A stretch of 64,000 bases of DNA from Promethearchaeia archaeon (GTDB lineage: Archaea > Asgardarchaeota > Lokiarchaeia > Sigyniarchaeales > SOKP01), in the NCBI GenBank assembly GCA_046483985.1, contig JAWOCD010000057.1, forward strand, positions 1-64,000, written 5' to 3'. The position numbers and the translations under genes were made by a program. Below the pieces are notes generated by a model. It saw only the letters and a program-made list of their open reading frames with translations. It did no database searches and was not told the origin of the DNA. This document shows, piece after piece, positions 48,915-59,227 of this stretch (position 1 is its first letter; each line of letters opens with the position of its first letter).

Positions 48915-49672
48915 ATGGAAAAATTAAAGCAATATAATAAGATTACTGGTTTTAGTAGTATTGCTCGAAGATATTTTGTTAATAATTTTTATGATGGAAA
49001 TAAATGAGGATCTCCCTCATAACCAGAATGTTGACAAGTTTGGGCATACTATTAGGGTTCTTTGTTGTAATCTTAAAAAACCCTGAGGTGGATACCGTTG
49101 AAAGTATTTATGTTATATTCACGGGCTTTGGGACGGCCATTTCTATGTTGATTTCTGGATTGTCTGGATCTTACTTATCCGAGCGGGCGGAAATGCGTAA
49201 GGAGCAAATTGAATTGGAAAAAGCTATGGCATTATATGGTAACATAAAGATGGATGAAAGATCCAATAGAGAGGAAATCAAAAAAGCCATGCTTTTATCA
49301 GAAGAAAAAGAAGATCAAATTAAGAAATGGAGTGAAAAGCTTAAACAGTGGCGAAAGGAAGAAATATCGGAAAAAAAGGAGCAAGAAACTCTCCATGAAA
49401 AAGCAGAAAAATTTACCAGTATAATCGTATCTTCAGTTAACGGATTAAGTCCCTTCTTGGGGGGAATCATTCCCATTATCCCTTTTTTCATCAAACCTTT
49501 CGCTGGTTTTCCGGTATTTATTGGAGCATTCACCATAATCCTGGCTTTTATTGTTTTATTAGGTGTATTTCTCGGAAAAGTTTCTAAAGAATCAATCATC
49601 AAAAATATCTTCCAAATGATGGGTTTTTTCTTCTTGACGGTTCTTCTCACTGTCTTATTCTTAGGAATGTAG
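48915..49672 (+). pseudogene. VIT1/CCC1-family transporter gene interrupted by a 29-nt insertion (48999-49027)
   Basis: ATG 48915 gives MEKLKQYNKITGFSSIARRYFVNNFYDG-NK-stop. A different frame continues MLTSLGILLG...SGLSGSYLSERAE...GGIIPIIPF. Removing 29 nt joins ...NNFYDG-MLT... in frame. Confidence 0.8.
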
Positions 49673-49770
49673 AAAAAGGTAACAATTCTCTTTTTCAACA
49701 TTTAGAGGGTTATACTAAAAGGAAAATAAATATCAAATTTTAATTTCTTTCCTTCATTTTATAAAAAAAG

Positions 49771-50556
49771 ATGAGTAATTTGAATTTTCATTGCGGTATT
49801 GATATAGGTAGCCTAGCCACAAAGATCGTTCTTATTAATGAAAATAATGAATTATTGGACTGGAGTATAGAGCGTTCTACATATGATTTTAAGCATATTG
49901 GACATAAATTATTCGAAGATCTAATGGAAAAACATGATCTGAAACGAAAAAATATCTTTATCATGAGCACTGGATACGGAAGGAATACCATCGATATCGC
50001 AGATGATCGAATTACCGAAATCACTGCACATGCTCGAGGAGTGCAGTATTTTTATCCCGATGTATATTCAGTTATTGATATTGGAGGTCAAGATTCAAAA
50101 GCCATTGTTATTTCCCCAAAAACAGGGTCCGTAATCGATTTCGTTATGAATGATAAATGTGCGGCGGGCACAGGTAGATTCTTGGAAGTGATGGCTAACG
50201 CACTGGAGGTCCCATTAAGCGAGTTCGGGGATCTTGCATTGAAATCCAATAAGGCGTCATCAATAAGTTCAACATGTACCGTGTTTGCAGAGAGTGAAGT
50301 AATCTCCTTATTTGCAAAGGGGACTCCGAAGGAGGATATTGCAAGTGGAATTCATAAATCAATTGCCCGGCGAGTTGCGGGAATGGCAAAACGGATCGGT
50401 GTGGATAAGCCCTTAGTGTTCACGGGAGGGGTTGCAAAAGATATTGCAGTCAAAAGATTCTTGGAAAAGGAATTTGGGTTTAAAATACAAGTACCAAAAT
50501 ATCCTCAGCTAACCGGAGCAATCGGTGCGGCCCTGTTAGGATCTGAAAAAGATTAA
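49771..50556 (+). CDS. 2-hydroxyacyl-CoA dehydratase activator (HgdC/BadF-like ASKHA ATPase)
   Basis: GIDIGS, TGYGR, EITAHARG, IDIGGQDSK, MNDKCAAGTG, CTVFAESE. Confidence 0.95.
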   Translation: MSNLNFHCGIDIGSLATKIVLINENNELLDWSIERSTYDFKHIGHKLFEDLMEKHDLKRKNIFIMSTGYGRNTIDIADDRITEITAHARGVQYFYPDVYSVIDIGGQDSKAIVISPKTGSVIDFVMNDKCAAGTGRFLEVMANALEVPLSEFGDLALKSNKASSISSTCTVFAESEVISLFAKGTPKEDIASGIHKSIARRVAGMAKRIGVDKPLVFTGGVAKDIAVKRFLEKEFGFKIQVPKYPQLTGAIGAALLGSEKD

Positions 50557-50636
50557 ATTTCATATGTTAAAAAACACCAAATTGGATTAAAGAAATTCAA
50601 AATATTTAAAAAAAATGGTTCTGGGTTATAATAAAG

Positions 50637-51776
50637 ATGCAACAAAAAGAGCTGATTTCTGAATACGGGGAATATCTAGAACTGCAAAAACAAGAAGGAA
50701 AAACCATAATTGCCTTTTTGGCGCATGATAATATTCCTGAAGAATTGATTCATGCAGCTGGATTTATTCCTTTACGTATGATATTCGCCGGAAATGAGAG
50801 ATTTATGAATGTGAGTCATAATTATTTGCCGCCGTCTACATGTTGTTTCGCACAAACATGCATTGGATTATTCTCCCTAAAAGAGAGCCCATATAATTTT
50901 TTGGAATTAGTAGATTATATTGTTGTGTCTAATCACTGTATTAGCGATATGTGCGCTTCAGAAATCATTTCAAAGTATTCATTTATTCCACGGATTAACT
51001 TTTATGTATCCTATACTCAAAATGAGAACGGATTAAAATACTATAAGTTAGAATTAGAAGAGTTCCGAAAGCAGTTAGAGGAGATCAAAGGGTCCCCTAT
51101 TCCTGATAAGAAGATTATTGAAAGCGTAAAAAAGTACAATAGTTTAAAGAAACAGCTTACACGGATTAGCCAGCTAAATATTCAAGGATCTTTAAAGATA
51201 AAAATGTACCAAAAAGCACTTTTATACGGACCTACCATTAATCCCGAGTTGGAGCGTTTTATAAGGGAACAAAAACAAAAAGAATATGACCTAAAGAATC
51301 ATACTAAAGATATCATTCTTACCGGATGTTCTGTGTTTATAGGAGATGACATTTTAGAAATAATAGAAGGAAATGGTGGAAATATAATATTGTTTGACAG
51401 TTGGATTGGAACCAAATATTTCAAGCAAATACTAAGCCAAGAAAAAATTCAATCCATAGAAGATCCATTAGATTTGTTTGTAGAAAGATATAAAAAAAAT
51501 ACCTCATCGGATCATGCTGTCCCGGATTTTCATGAAGAATACCTTGAAGATCTAAAAGAAAAGATAAGAACACAGAGTAAAAAGCGCGAGAAGGATATTG
51601 GCGTTATTAATCATATCATGAAGTTTTGTGATCATATTTCTTTATTTCAAGCATTTACAAAAGATGAGTTAAAAAACGAGAATATACCTATACTAAATCT
51701 GGAAAGGGATTATTCAAGAGCCAATCGAGGTCAATTAAAAACTCGTATTGAAGCTTTTTTGGAGATGATGGAATGA
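50637..51776 (+). CDS. 2-hydroxyacyl-CoA dehydratase subunit (HgdA/B family)
   Basis: PEELIHAAG, three Cys sites, KFCD, GQLKTRIEAFLEM. Confidence 0.88.
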   Translation: MQQKELISEYGEYLELQKQEGKTIIAFLAHDNIPEELIHAAGFIPLRMIFAGNERFMNVSHNYLPPSTCCFAQTCIGLFSLKESPYNFLELVDYIVVSNHCISDMCASEIISKYSFIPRINFYVSYTQNENGLKYYKLELEEFRKQLEEIKGSPIPDKKIIESVKKYNSLKKQLTRISQLNIQGSLKIKMYQKALLYGPTINPELERFIREQKQKEYDLKNHTKDIILTGCSVFIGDDILEIIEGNGGNIILFDSWIGTKYFKQILSQEKIQSIEDPLDLFVERYKKNTSSDHAVPDFHEEYLEDLKEKIRTQSKKREKDIGVINHIMKFCDHISLFQAFTKDELKNENIPILNLERDYSRANRGQLKTRIEAFLEMME

Positions 51777-53116
51777 TGAGTGTATTTGCAGATGATATCA
51801 TCAATTTTGAGTCCATGCTTAAGCTCTCTTATAACTTCTTAGCAGGAAGAGACTATTTAAAAAAGAAAAAGTTCCAAGAAAAAAAGAAGTTAGTTTCCGT
51901 GGCATTACCGTATTCCGACTTAGCTTTTGCTGCGGGAGCTGTTCCTACGTTTCCTATCAGAATGGAGAAATTTAAAATCGATAATTATCTAAAACAATTT
52001 AACACGGCGACTAACATTTTCGGATGGAAAAACGTGACCAATTTTTTGGGATTTATTAAGCAATTCGACAGCCTGAACATTGTAGACAGTGTGTTAGATA
52101 ATGTTATTAATTCAATCAATGAAAAATATAATGAATTATACGATTTAGGAATGGAGAAAGGACTCCCAAACGATTTTTGCTACGGAATTAAAGCGTTATG
52201 GGGCATGCACATCTCTAAGGGGAAAAACGTGGATGGGATACTCAATTTTACGATCCGTTGTTCCGCATACAATAAATATATGGAGTCTCTCAAAAATTTA
52301 GTACCGGAAGCTAAACAAATCTGGATTGATATCCCCCCTAGAGATATTGGAAATACTTTAGAAATTGCTAAAGAAAATATCAACAAGGGAATACAACAAT
52401 TGGAAGAATTGACCGGAAATAACGTAACTGATAATAGTCTCAAAAAGCAATTTCGGATCGGAAATCAGATCAAACGATATTATAAAACCATTCTATTCGA
52501 CATTAGCAAATCTGACTTCTATCCTTGCAACGCCGCTTCATTTGCCGAGATTCTTTCCTTGCTTAGTATCAGCTTTCAAGATTTAAATTCAAATGCACAG
52601 CGGTATCTTAATAATATAGCAGATATGGCTAGGGAAATGCGAGAACGAATCAATAATCGGGTGGGGGAGGATCTCTCAGACAGCCCCAGAATCTTGCTTA
52701 CTCCGATGTTCGGAGGATGGGAACCAAAGTCACATGAGTTTATTCATAAGGTTGGGGGAAGAGTCTTATATGGGGATTGGGAGATTTTCGGTTATCTGGA
52801 AGAGATTGATACATCCGGCGATCCAGTTGAAGCATATGCAAAATATCTATTAGATTGCTCAACCAAAGGAATCGGTTGCGATAACTCGAAAACCACAGAT
52901 TCATATCTCCGCACGGCAAAGAAGTTAGATGTGGATGGAGTCATATATAACCAAGTATTTGGATGTCACTCCATTTCCAATAATTATTATATGCTTCGGG
53001 AAAAATTACGAAGAGAGGGAATTCCCTCCACTGTCATTAACTTCAATAAGATAGGAGAGAATGTGGAACAGGTGAAAACTCGCCTCCAAGCGTTTTATGA
53101 AATTCTTCAGAATTAG
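51773..53116 (+). CDS. 2-hydroxyacyl-CoA dehydratase subunit (HgdA/B family)
   Basis: DFCYG, IRCS, VDGVI..Q.FGCH, EQVKTRLQAF.E. Confidence 0.85.
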   Translation: MMSVFADDIINFESMLKLSYNFLAGRDYLKKKKFQEKKKLVSVALPYSDLAFAAGAVPTFPIRMEKFKIDNYLKQFNTATNIFGWKNVTNFLGFIKQFDSLNIVDSVLDNVINSINEKYNELYDLGMEKGLPNDFCYGIKALWGMHISKGKNVDGILNFTIRCSAYNKYMESLKNLVPEAKQIWIDIPPRDIGNTLEIAKENINKGIQQLEELTGNNVTDNSLKKQFRIGNQIKRYYKTILFDISKSDFYPCNAASFAEILSLLSISFQDLNSNAQRYLNNIADMAREMRERINNRVGEDLSDSPRILLTPMFGGWEPKSHEFIHKVGGRVLYGDWEIFGYLEEIDTSGDPVEAYAKYLLDCSTKGIGCDNSKTTDSYLRTAKKLDVDGVIYNQVFGCHSISNNYYMLREKLRREGIPSTVINFNKIGENVEQVKTRLQAFYEILQN

Positions 53117-53211
53117 AACTGTTTTGTAGAATTTAGCTGGAATCGATACCATCAAAAATTATGTAAAATGAAAGAAAAGTGTGCTAAGAGATTAAATAAA
53201 ATTAAATAAAA

Positions 53212-53826
53212 TTATTTAAAGAAATCACTTGGTTTGAGAAGATGAGAATCTTCCTCTTCTTCCTTTTCGCGTTCTTTTTGGGCTTTTTCATTCGGATCGA
53301 CCCATTCCCCAGAGCCTTCTTCAGCACTTTTAGAGGATGCTTGAGCGGTTCCACTTTCACTTCCTCCACTTGGCCCTTTTAATCCCGGCGGCTTTAATGA
53401 ATCCGAAGCGGAGATCTGTTCTGGTTGCTCTTCTTGGGGTTGCTGGTGCTGTTGAGTTGCTGTTGGACTCGCTCCTCTGAGCATTTTTAATTCGCTAAGT
53501 ACTTTTTCCAAGTTCATTGACTGAACGCTTTTGTTCATCGTTTCCATTATGGTCTTCAAGCTTTGAGAGGTTTCTCTCAACCCTTTTGGATTGATTCCTG
53601 TCAGCAAGGAATCTAAATGAGCACTAATACTTTCATTTAATTCATCTAACGATTCCAGGACCGTACTCCAATGCTTATTCATCTGAGATTCTATTGCGCG
53701 AATCATTTTGATTGTTTCATTCATAAAATCTACATGAGACTCATATCGTTCTTTATCCCGCTCTCTCAAGTCGGAAATAAGCATAATGAGTTTACGTAAT
53801 TGTTCTTTTTCTTCTTCTTGACTCAA
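53212..53826 (-). CDS. Hypothetical protein (helical N-terminus, disordered C-terminus)
   Basis: Coding-like composition; terminal LLKPSDFFK. Confidence 0.7.
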   Translation of the reverse strand: MSQEEEKEQLRKLIMLISDLRERDKERYESHVDFMNETIKMIRAIESQMNKHWSTVLESLDELNESISAHLDSLLTGINPKGLRETSQSLKTIMETMNKSVQSMNLEKVLSELKMLRGASPTATQQHQQPQEEQPEQISASDSLKPPGLKGPSGGSESGTAQASSKSAEEGSGEWVDPNEKAQKEREKEEEEDSHLLKPSDFFK

Positions 53827-53914
53827 AAATATTCACTTCGTTTTAATTTTCCTTATATTATAATTATAATAATACTAAAAAAATTTATATCTATCCTTTT
53901 TGAGAAAACCATTT

Positions 53915-56329
53915 TCAAATTTGATTTTGTTCTTTGTATTTCATCCTATACTGGCTTTTGAGCCATTCAACGGACTTTTCATATGACATATACGATAAGT
54001 CTGCATCTTCCAGTACTCGCCAATTTATGGTTATGGAAAACTCTTTTAACGGTGGAAGAGTGATTGCCGTTTTATCCTCATTCAACTGGATATCCTTATC
54101 CGAACGAAGATGGATGGAGCTTTTATCAATATAATAGGGAATATGGACATAGATATGTGCCGGCTTTTTCCGTTCAAATAAACTCGAAAAAGAAATAATA
54201 ACATCTTCTTGTTTCTTTTTTAATGTTATATTACAGAGTCCAAAATAGGTGTTTGCATTCTCGATGGTAATGGGACCATCAATCCATTCCGGGGAAAGTA
54301 CCGAAAATAAATGAAGCTCATCTTTCTCTTCCCGAATGAGCATATTTCGCAAAAGCAAATTATAAGCGACCGCAAACCACCCATGAGGGGGAAAATTAAA
54401 GAAATCCATATGCCAGAATAAAATTTTTATCGGGATTAAATAATGCCTATTTCCCCAAGGTTTAATATTATGTTCAAAGCCCTCATGGCATGCACCCGTA
54501 TGGCTAAGCATCCCATAAAAGTCATGCAACGCACGATCTTGTTCGTCAAGGACGATATGCTGTTGCGCAATTCGTTCGGTGATATAATGATGATTGAAGA
54601 CCATCCACGTTGCAATTCCTTCCGGCATTTTATTGGTACGATATTCTTCTAAGGTCTTTTGTACTTTAGGATCGTTCTTATCTAAAAGGATTTGAGGATA
54701 AAGCATCAAGAGATTTGACCAATCTTCTCCTAAATCGGTATCAAGACCCGGCGGAACTCGATTATCATGATGGGCAGCGACTAGATTAAGGATGGGGAGA
54801 AAGGCTTCCAGAAATTGTGCTTTAATTTTTTCAATTTGTTTTGCCTCCTCATTCCTTTTCAGAAACTCGGCAAGGTATTGAGCGTTATTCAATCCACACC
54901 ATGCCCAGAGATTATGTCCTGTATATCTCCCACTAATCATTTCATTATCTGAAGCAAATACTGGGGGCATAACGCCCCAATCATCGTCATCGATTAAATC
55001 ATCAAAAAAATCAATTGCCTCCATCACAGGTTCATAAATTCTTTCGGCGAATTTTTTATCATGAGTGAACTTAAGATACTCGCCAAATGCCCAGAGAGCT
55101 TGCCCCCATCCGTCTAATTGTCCTTTTTGTGAAATAAAATTACCCTCTTTGGTTTGCAAATTCAAGAAGTGCAATAATAAATTTTTACTCACATCAGTTC
55201 GATTAAAGCAAGCATACATTTTTGCGAAAAAGGATGAATCTCTGATCCAGAAATCATTGTATTGGAATCTATTTACATGTTGTTCCATTGTGGCGTCTTT
55301 GTTAAAATTCTGACACATAAAATTATAAACTAAGGATGATTTGGACGTGTTAGTCGCTTTTGATTCTGGGAGTTTAATATTCGTACATTTGTCAAGGACA
55401 TCTTTCCAGTAATCTTGAAATCTACGGCGAACAGTCTTGAGCTCCAACTGTTCAATTTTCTGAATTAAAGAATCATCTCCAGCATCAATGGGCTCCTGCG
55501 GTATTTTGAAGATCAACGATTTTGTTCCTTTCGGCGCAACATGAAATTTAAATTGTTCGATTAAGGTAATGCTATCTTCTTTAATATCGTATTCCTTTCC
55601 TTTAAATCTTGTTTTGTAGGGGATTGGTTCATAAGTATTTGTATGAGTATTGTAATTGAGTTTAGAATAGAAATTTACGGGTAACTCTTCTCCGTGAAAA
55701 TAAAGAATTTTTCCGTCCCGTAACGGATTGTTATCTTCGTCAAATTCGTACCACCACTTGTTTTTAAATTGAGGACGCTCGTAGCCGTATATTTTATGTT
55801 TAAAGGGGTTAAAGAGCACCCCGATATAAAGATCCCCATTAACAGGATCATCAGTAAGGTTTTTTACTTCAACCTCAACAAAATTACACGGGCTCTTTTT
55901 TTCCGAGTGGTCTATCCAATACTGAAAAATTTTTATGGAATATTCAATATTGAATTTCTTAAGGGAGTAATTAATTTCTGGTAGATAACCTTTAGAGAGA
56001 GTCCAAATCCGTTTTTCTATTTTTTCAATTGGATCCCCTCTAAAGAAGACATATTTTCCATGAGTAGTATCAATTTGCCCATCACTGTCCACTCTGGTGG
56101 CTTTTTGCTCATTTGGTAAGCCTAATTGCATATTGGGATGCGCAAAAAAGGAAAATTTATCGGATTTTTCGTCAATCGCGGGATCGGGGATAGTCTTAGT
56201 GACACTTTTTTGATATAAATTCCGCATGAATTTATAGACGATTTTATTCTTAAATCTCCAGAACCAAGATTGTCTTTTATCCCAATTATTTTCAATGGAA
56301 TCTAAAACTGCATGACTTGATTTTTTCAT
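53915..56329 (-). CDS. Six-hairpin glycoside hydrolase-like protein
   Basis: QYNDFWIRDS, SQKGQLDGWGQALW, PPHGWFA, ANTYFG suggest an (alpha/alpha)6 barrel; family not assigned. Confidence 0.7.
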   Translation of the reverse strand: MKKSSHAVLDSIENNWDKRQSWFWRFKNKIVYKFMRNLYQKSVTKTIPDPAIDEKSDKFSFFAHPNMQLGLPNEQKATRVDSDGQIDTTHGKYVFFRGDPIEKIEKRIWTLSKGYLPEINYSLKKFNIEYSIKIFQYWIDHSEKKSPCNFVEVEVKNLTDDPVNGDLYIGVLFNPFKHKIYGYERPQFKNKWWYEFDEDNNPLRDGKILYFHGEELPVNFYSKLNYNTHTNTYEPIPYKTRFKGKEYDIKEDSITLIEQFKFHVAPKGTKSLIFKIPQEPIDAGDDSLIQKIEQLELKTVRRRFQDYWKDVLDKCTNIKLPESKATNTSKSSLVYNFMCQNFNKDATMEQHVNRFQYNDFWIRDSSFFAKMYACFNRTDVSKNLLLHFLNLQTKEGNFISQKGQLDGWGQALWAFGEYLKFTHDKKFAERIYEPVMEAIDFFDDLIDDDDWGVMPPVFASDNEMISGRYTGHNLWAWCGLNNAQYLAEFLKRNEEAKQIEKIKAQFLEAFLPILNLVAAHHDNRVPPGLDTDLGEDWSNLLMLYPQILLDKNDPKVQKTLEEYRTNKMPEGIATWMVFNHHYITERIAQQHIVLDEQDRALHDFYGMLSHTGACHEGFEHNIKPWGNRHYLIPIKILFWHMDFFNFPPHGWFAVAYNLLLRNMLIREEKDELHLFSVLSPEWIDGPITIENANTYFGLCNITLKKKQEDVIISFSSLFERKKPAHIYVHIPYYIDKSSIHLRSDKDIQLNEDKTAITLPPLKEFSITINWRVLEDADLSYMSYEKSVEWLKSQYRMKYKEQNQI

Positions 56330-56412
56330 TTTTTATAATTATAAATTGTTTTATAATTTAAAAGTTACATAAGAGATTATATTAGAAAGGAATTGAAATT
56401 TTAAAGTGATTG

Positions 56413-57039
56413 TTAAATTTTAAAGTGGGAATTTATTTTCTCTCTGCAGCGTTTACAAAATTTTGCCGGTTTTTCGTCGGTTTCCGGTAAACTATTAGAA
56501 AACCTCATAATGCAGTGATTGTTACAATGTTCTAATCCAAATGTGTGCCCAAGCTCATGAATTGCCTCTTTAAGGGCTCGTTTTCTGAAAAGCTTTTTAT
56601 TGGATTGTTCCCTATAGAATTCTGCTCTTAACCGCACGAGTGAAATAAGACACCCAATTACCGTATCAAAATTTCGAACTTTAGGAGTTTGAGCAACTCC
56701 GAATACAAAATTAAGATTATCAGAATAAAGATCTTTATTAATAATTCCCAATACTCTAAGTATAGATTGACTTTTAATTTCTCTCATCATATTATTTAAA
56801 ACTAATGATGCATCAAATTGATCTCTTTGAGAATTATAGGCAGAATCATTTAAAGGGATATTTTGGGAGGAAATTTCTATTTTTAAGTCCCATTGGGAAA
56901 AAATTCCAGTTAAATCACGCTTTAGTGATTTTAAAATATTCTCTGCTCCTTCACCGACAGGTTGGAGTAAAATTCTTCGAGATCGCAAACTCATAATATC
57001 TATGATTAGGTAGGAAGAAAAGAAATTTAAACCCGCCAT
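56413..57039 (-). CDS. amzA: Archaemetzincin (M54 zinc protease)
   Basis: R.QF, DLY...LNFVFG, KEAIHELGHTFGLEHC...CIMRFSNS...D.K...FCKRC. Start may be the second Met. Confidence 0.93.
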   Translation of the reverse strand: MAGLNFFSSYLIIDIMSLRSRRILLQPVGEGAENILKSLKRDLTGIFSQWDLKIEISSQNIPLNDSAYNSQRDQFDASLVLNNMMREIKSQSILRVLGIINKDLYSDNLNFVFGVAQTPKVRNFDTVIGCLISLVRLRAEFYREQSNKKLFRKRALKEAIHELGHTFGLEHCNNHCIMRFSNSLPETDEKPAKFCKRCREKINSHFKI

Positions 57040-57078
57040 ATATATTTTAATGATCGGATTTTTATAACCACATATCTT

Positions 57079-57537
57079 ATGGTAATTGTGGTAGTTATGG
57101 AAGAAAATTCTATTAAGGGAATATTATATCTTAAATTTGAAGGGGTCTCCAAGCCTATGCCTTTGGTTCATCTCCCAAAAGATCTTGACCACGCAATTGT
57201 GACACAGATTAATAAAAAAATGTTGGAATATTTTAAAGAGAAAAGAGAATTGAACCCTAATAAAATAGACATCGTAGATTTGGAATCTGAAGAATATAAT
57301 GGAGTTTTAATGTTTGAAGAGTGGAAAGACAAGAGAAAATATTGGGGGGTAGCCAAAACAACCATTATTTTATTAACAAACTTAGAAATGAAGAAAATCG
57401 AAGAGAAAAAAGAGAACTTAGAACCATTATTCGGTAAATATGTCAATCGGATCGTCCAATTAGAAAAAAAGGAAGAAGAAAAAGAGGAATATTTAAATTT
57501 ATTACAAGAATTTAGGGAGGACTTGATCAATTCTTAG
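57079..57537 (+). CDS. Hypothetical protein, possible longin/uDENN-like fold
   Basis: IKGILYLKFEGVSKPMPLVHLP N-terminal hairpin, then helix and three strands; by-eye inference. Confidence 0.5.
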   Translation: MVIVVVMEENSIKGILYLKFEGVSKPMPLVHLPKDLDHAIVTQINKKMLEYFKEKRELNPNKIDIVDLESEEYNGVLMFEEWKDKRKYWGVAKTTIILLTNLEMKKIEEKKENLEPLFGKYVNRIVQLEKKEEEKEEYLNLLQEFREDLINS

Positions 57538-57719
57538 GGTTTAATCATTTAAAACAAGTGATTTTTTTCCTTCTTTAATATTCTTTATTAAATATTCCGA
57601 ATCTTGAAGAAAAAGTTCAAAAAAAGTTATCAAAACACAAAACTATAATAATTAAGAAACTAAGTATAGTGATTATACGATAAATAATAAATAAAGAATA
57701 AAATGAATTTGTGATTAAA

Positions 57720-59225
57720 ATGACAATCCAATCTGAACACTGGCCCCTTCATCCTCTAATTTATGAGATCAATACAATCACATGGTTAAATGAACTCTCA
57801 AATTCTTTCGATTACGAGATAAATCTTCAAAATGTCCCAGAAGGGATTTTAGATATGGATTTAAGCCATTTTGACGCCATCTGGCTTATGGGTGTATGGG
57901 AAAGAAGTCCAGAAGGAAAAGATATCGCAAGAAATCACCCTAATCTTCAAAAAGAGTTTCAACAAGCTTTAGATGATTTTAAACCGACTGATGTGGCAGG
58001 TTCCCCGTACGCTGTATATTATTATCACGTAGCCACTGAATTAGGAGGGAAAACGGGGGTACAGATGTTTAAAGACGAATTAGCAAAACGAGGGGCTCGA
58101 TTGATTCTCGATTATGTTCCTAATCATGTGGCAAGGGACCATTTATGGACGCTTGAAAAGAATTCCAACGTCTTTATTAAGGGAACCCAAAAAGATCTAG
58201 AAGAAAATCCTGATGATTTTTTTAGTATTGGGAATAAAATTTATGCCCATGGACGCGATCCGTACTTTCCACCGTGGACAGATACCATTCAAATCAACGC
58301 CTTCTCTAAAGAGGCAAGAAAAAAGGCAATAAACACGTTATTATCTATTGCAGAATTATGTGACGGAGTCCGTTGCGACATGGCAATGCTAATGATTAAT
58401 AAGGTTTTTAAGAAAACATGGGGTGAGAAGGTTGGAGAGCCGCCAGAAAAAGAGTTCTGGGAAGAAGTCATACCCGCCGTTAAAAAAGAGCATCCAGATT
58501 TTAAGTTTTTTGGAGAAGCGTATTGGGGAACAGAATGGGAACTCCAGCAACAAGGATTTGATTTTTGTTATGATAAAATCTTATATGAACGACTTCTTCA
58601 TGATAATGCTCCTTCAGTTAAGGGGCATTTACGTGCAGAATGGGAATATCAAAGAAGTTTAGTACGATTCATTGAAAATCATGATGAAGAACGAGCAATT
58701 TCAGCTTTTGGATATGAGAAAAGCAAGGCAGCGGCAATAATAAGCTGCACACTTCCCGGAGCGCGAATGATTCATTATGGGCAAATGTTAGGACGGAAAA
58801 TAAGAACGCCTATCCAATTAGCAAGAGCTCCAAAAGAAGAGGACGACCAAGATTTAATGGAGTTTTATCTTCGGTTAATAAATTCGATCCCAGACCGAAA
58901 CTTGAGAGAAAACAGTTGGCATATGTGCGAAACACAATCAATAAATTCTGATAATGATTCTAATAAAAGTTTAATTTCATATATATGGGCTCAAGGGAGT
59001 GAATACAAATTAATAATCGTCAATTACAGCTCTTATCCCGCTCAAGGTCATATCTTGCTTCCAGATTTAGATCCCTCTAAAGAATGGACATTTAGCGATT
59101 CTTTAAAACAAGATGTATATACATATAAGGGGGGAAAAATCAGAGAAAATGGATTATATGTTGAGTTAGGGGCTTGGGAAGGACATATCTTTAAAATTAA
59201 TGAAAAATTAAAAGAATCTCGATAG
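57720..59225 (+). CDS. GH13 alpha-amylase-family protein
   Basis: IYEINT, WLMGVWERS, LDYVPNH, GVRCDMAML, GEAYW, FIENHDE. Confidence 0.92.
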   Translation: MTIQSEHWPLHPLIYEINTITWLNELSNSFDYEINLQNVPEGILDMDLSHFDAIWLMGVWERSPEGKDIARNHPNLQKEFQQALDDFKPTDVAGSPYAVYYYHVATELGGKTGVQMFKDELAKRGARLILDYVPNHVARDHLWTLEKNSNVFIKGTQKDLEENPDDFFSIGNKIYAHGRDPYFPPWTDTIQINAFSKEARKKAINTLLSIAELCDGVRCDMAMLMINKVFKKTWGEKVGEPPEKEFWEEVIPAVKKEHPDFKFFGEAYWGTEWELQQQGFDFCYDKILYERLLHDNAPSVKGHLRAEWEYQRSLVRFIENHDEERAISAFGYEKSKAAAIISCTLPGARMIHYGQMLGRKIRTPIQLARAPKEEDDQDLMEFYLRLINSIPDRNLRENSWHMCETQSINSDNDSNKSLISYIWAQGSEYKLIIVNYSSYPAQGHILLPDLDPSKEWTFSDSLKQDVYTYKGGKIRENGLYVELGAWEGHIFKINEKLKESR

Positions 59226-59227
59226 AA

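Noticed and set aside
49005-49007. TGA followed by a hairpin as a selenocysteine codon
   Set aside because: Readthrough meets TAA five codons later and does not restore the downstream frame.
49004-49672. ORF-track start MRISLITR for the VIT1 protein
   Set aside because: That ATG lies inside the insertion; the family N-terminus is encoded from 48915 in another frame.
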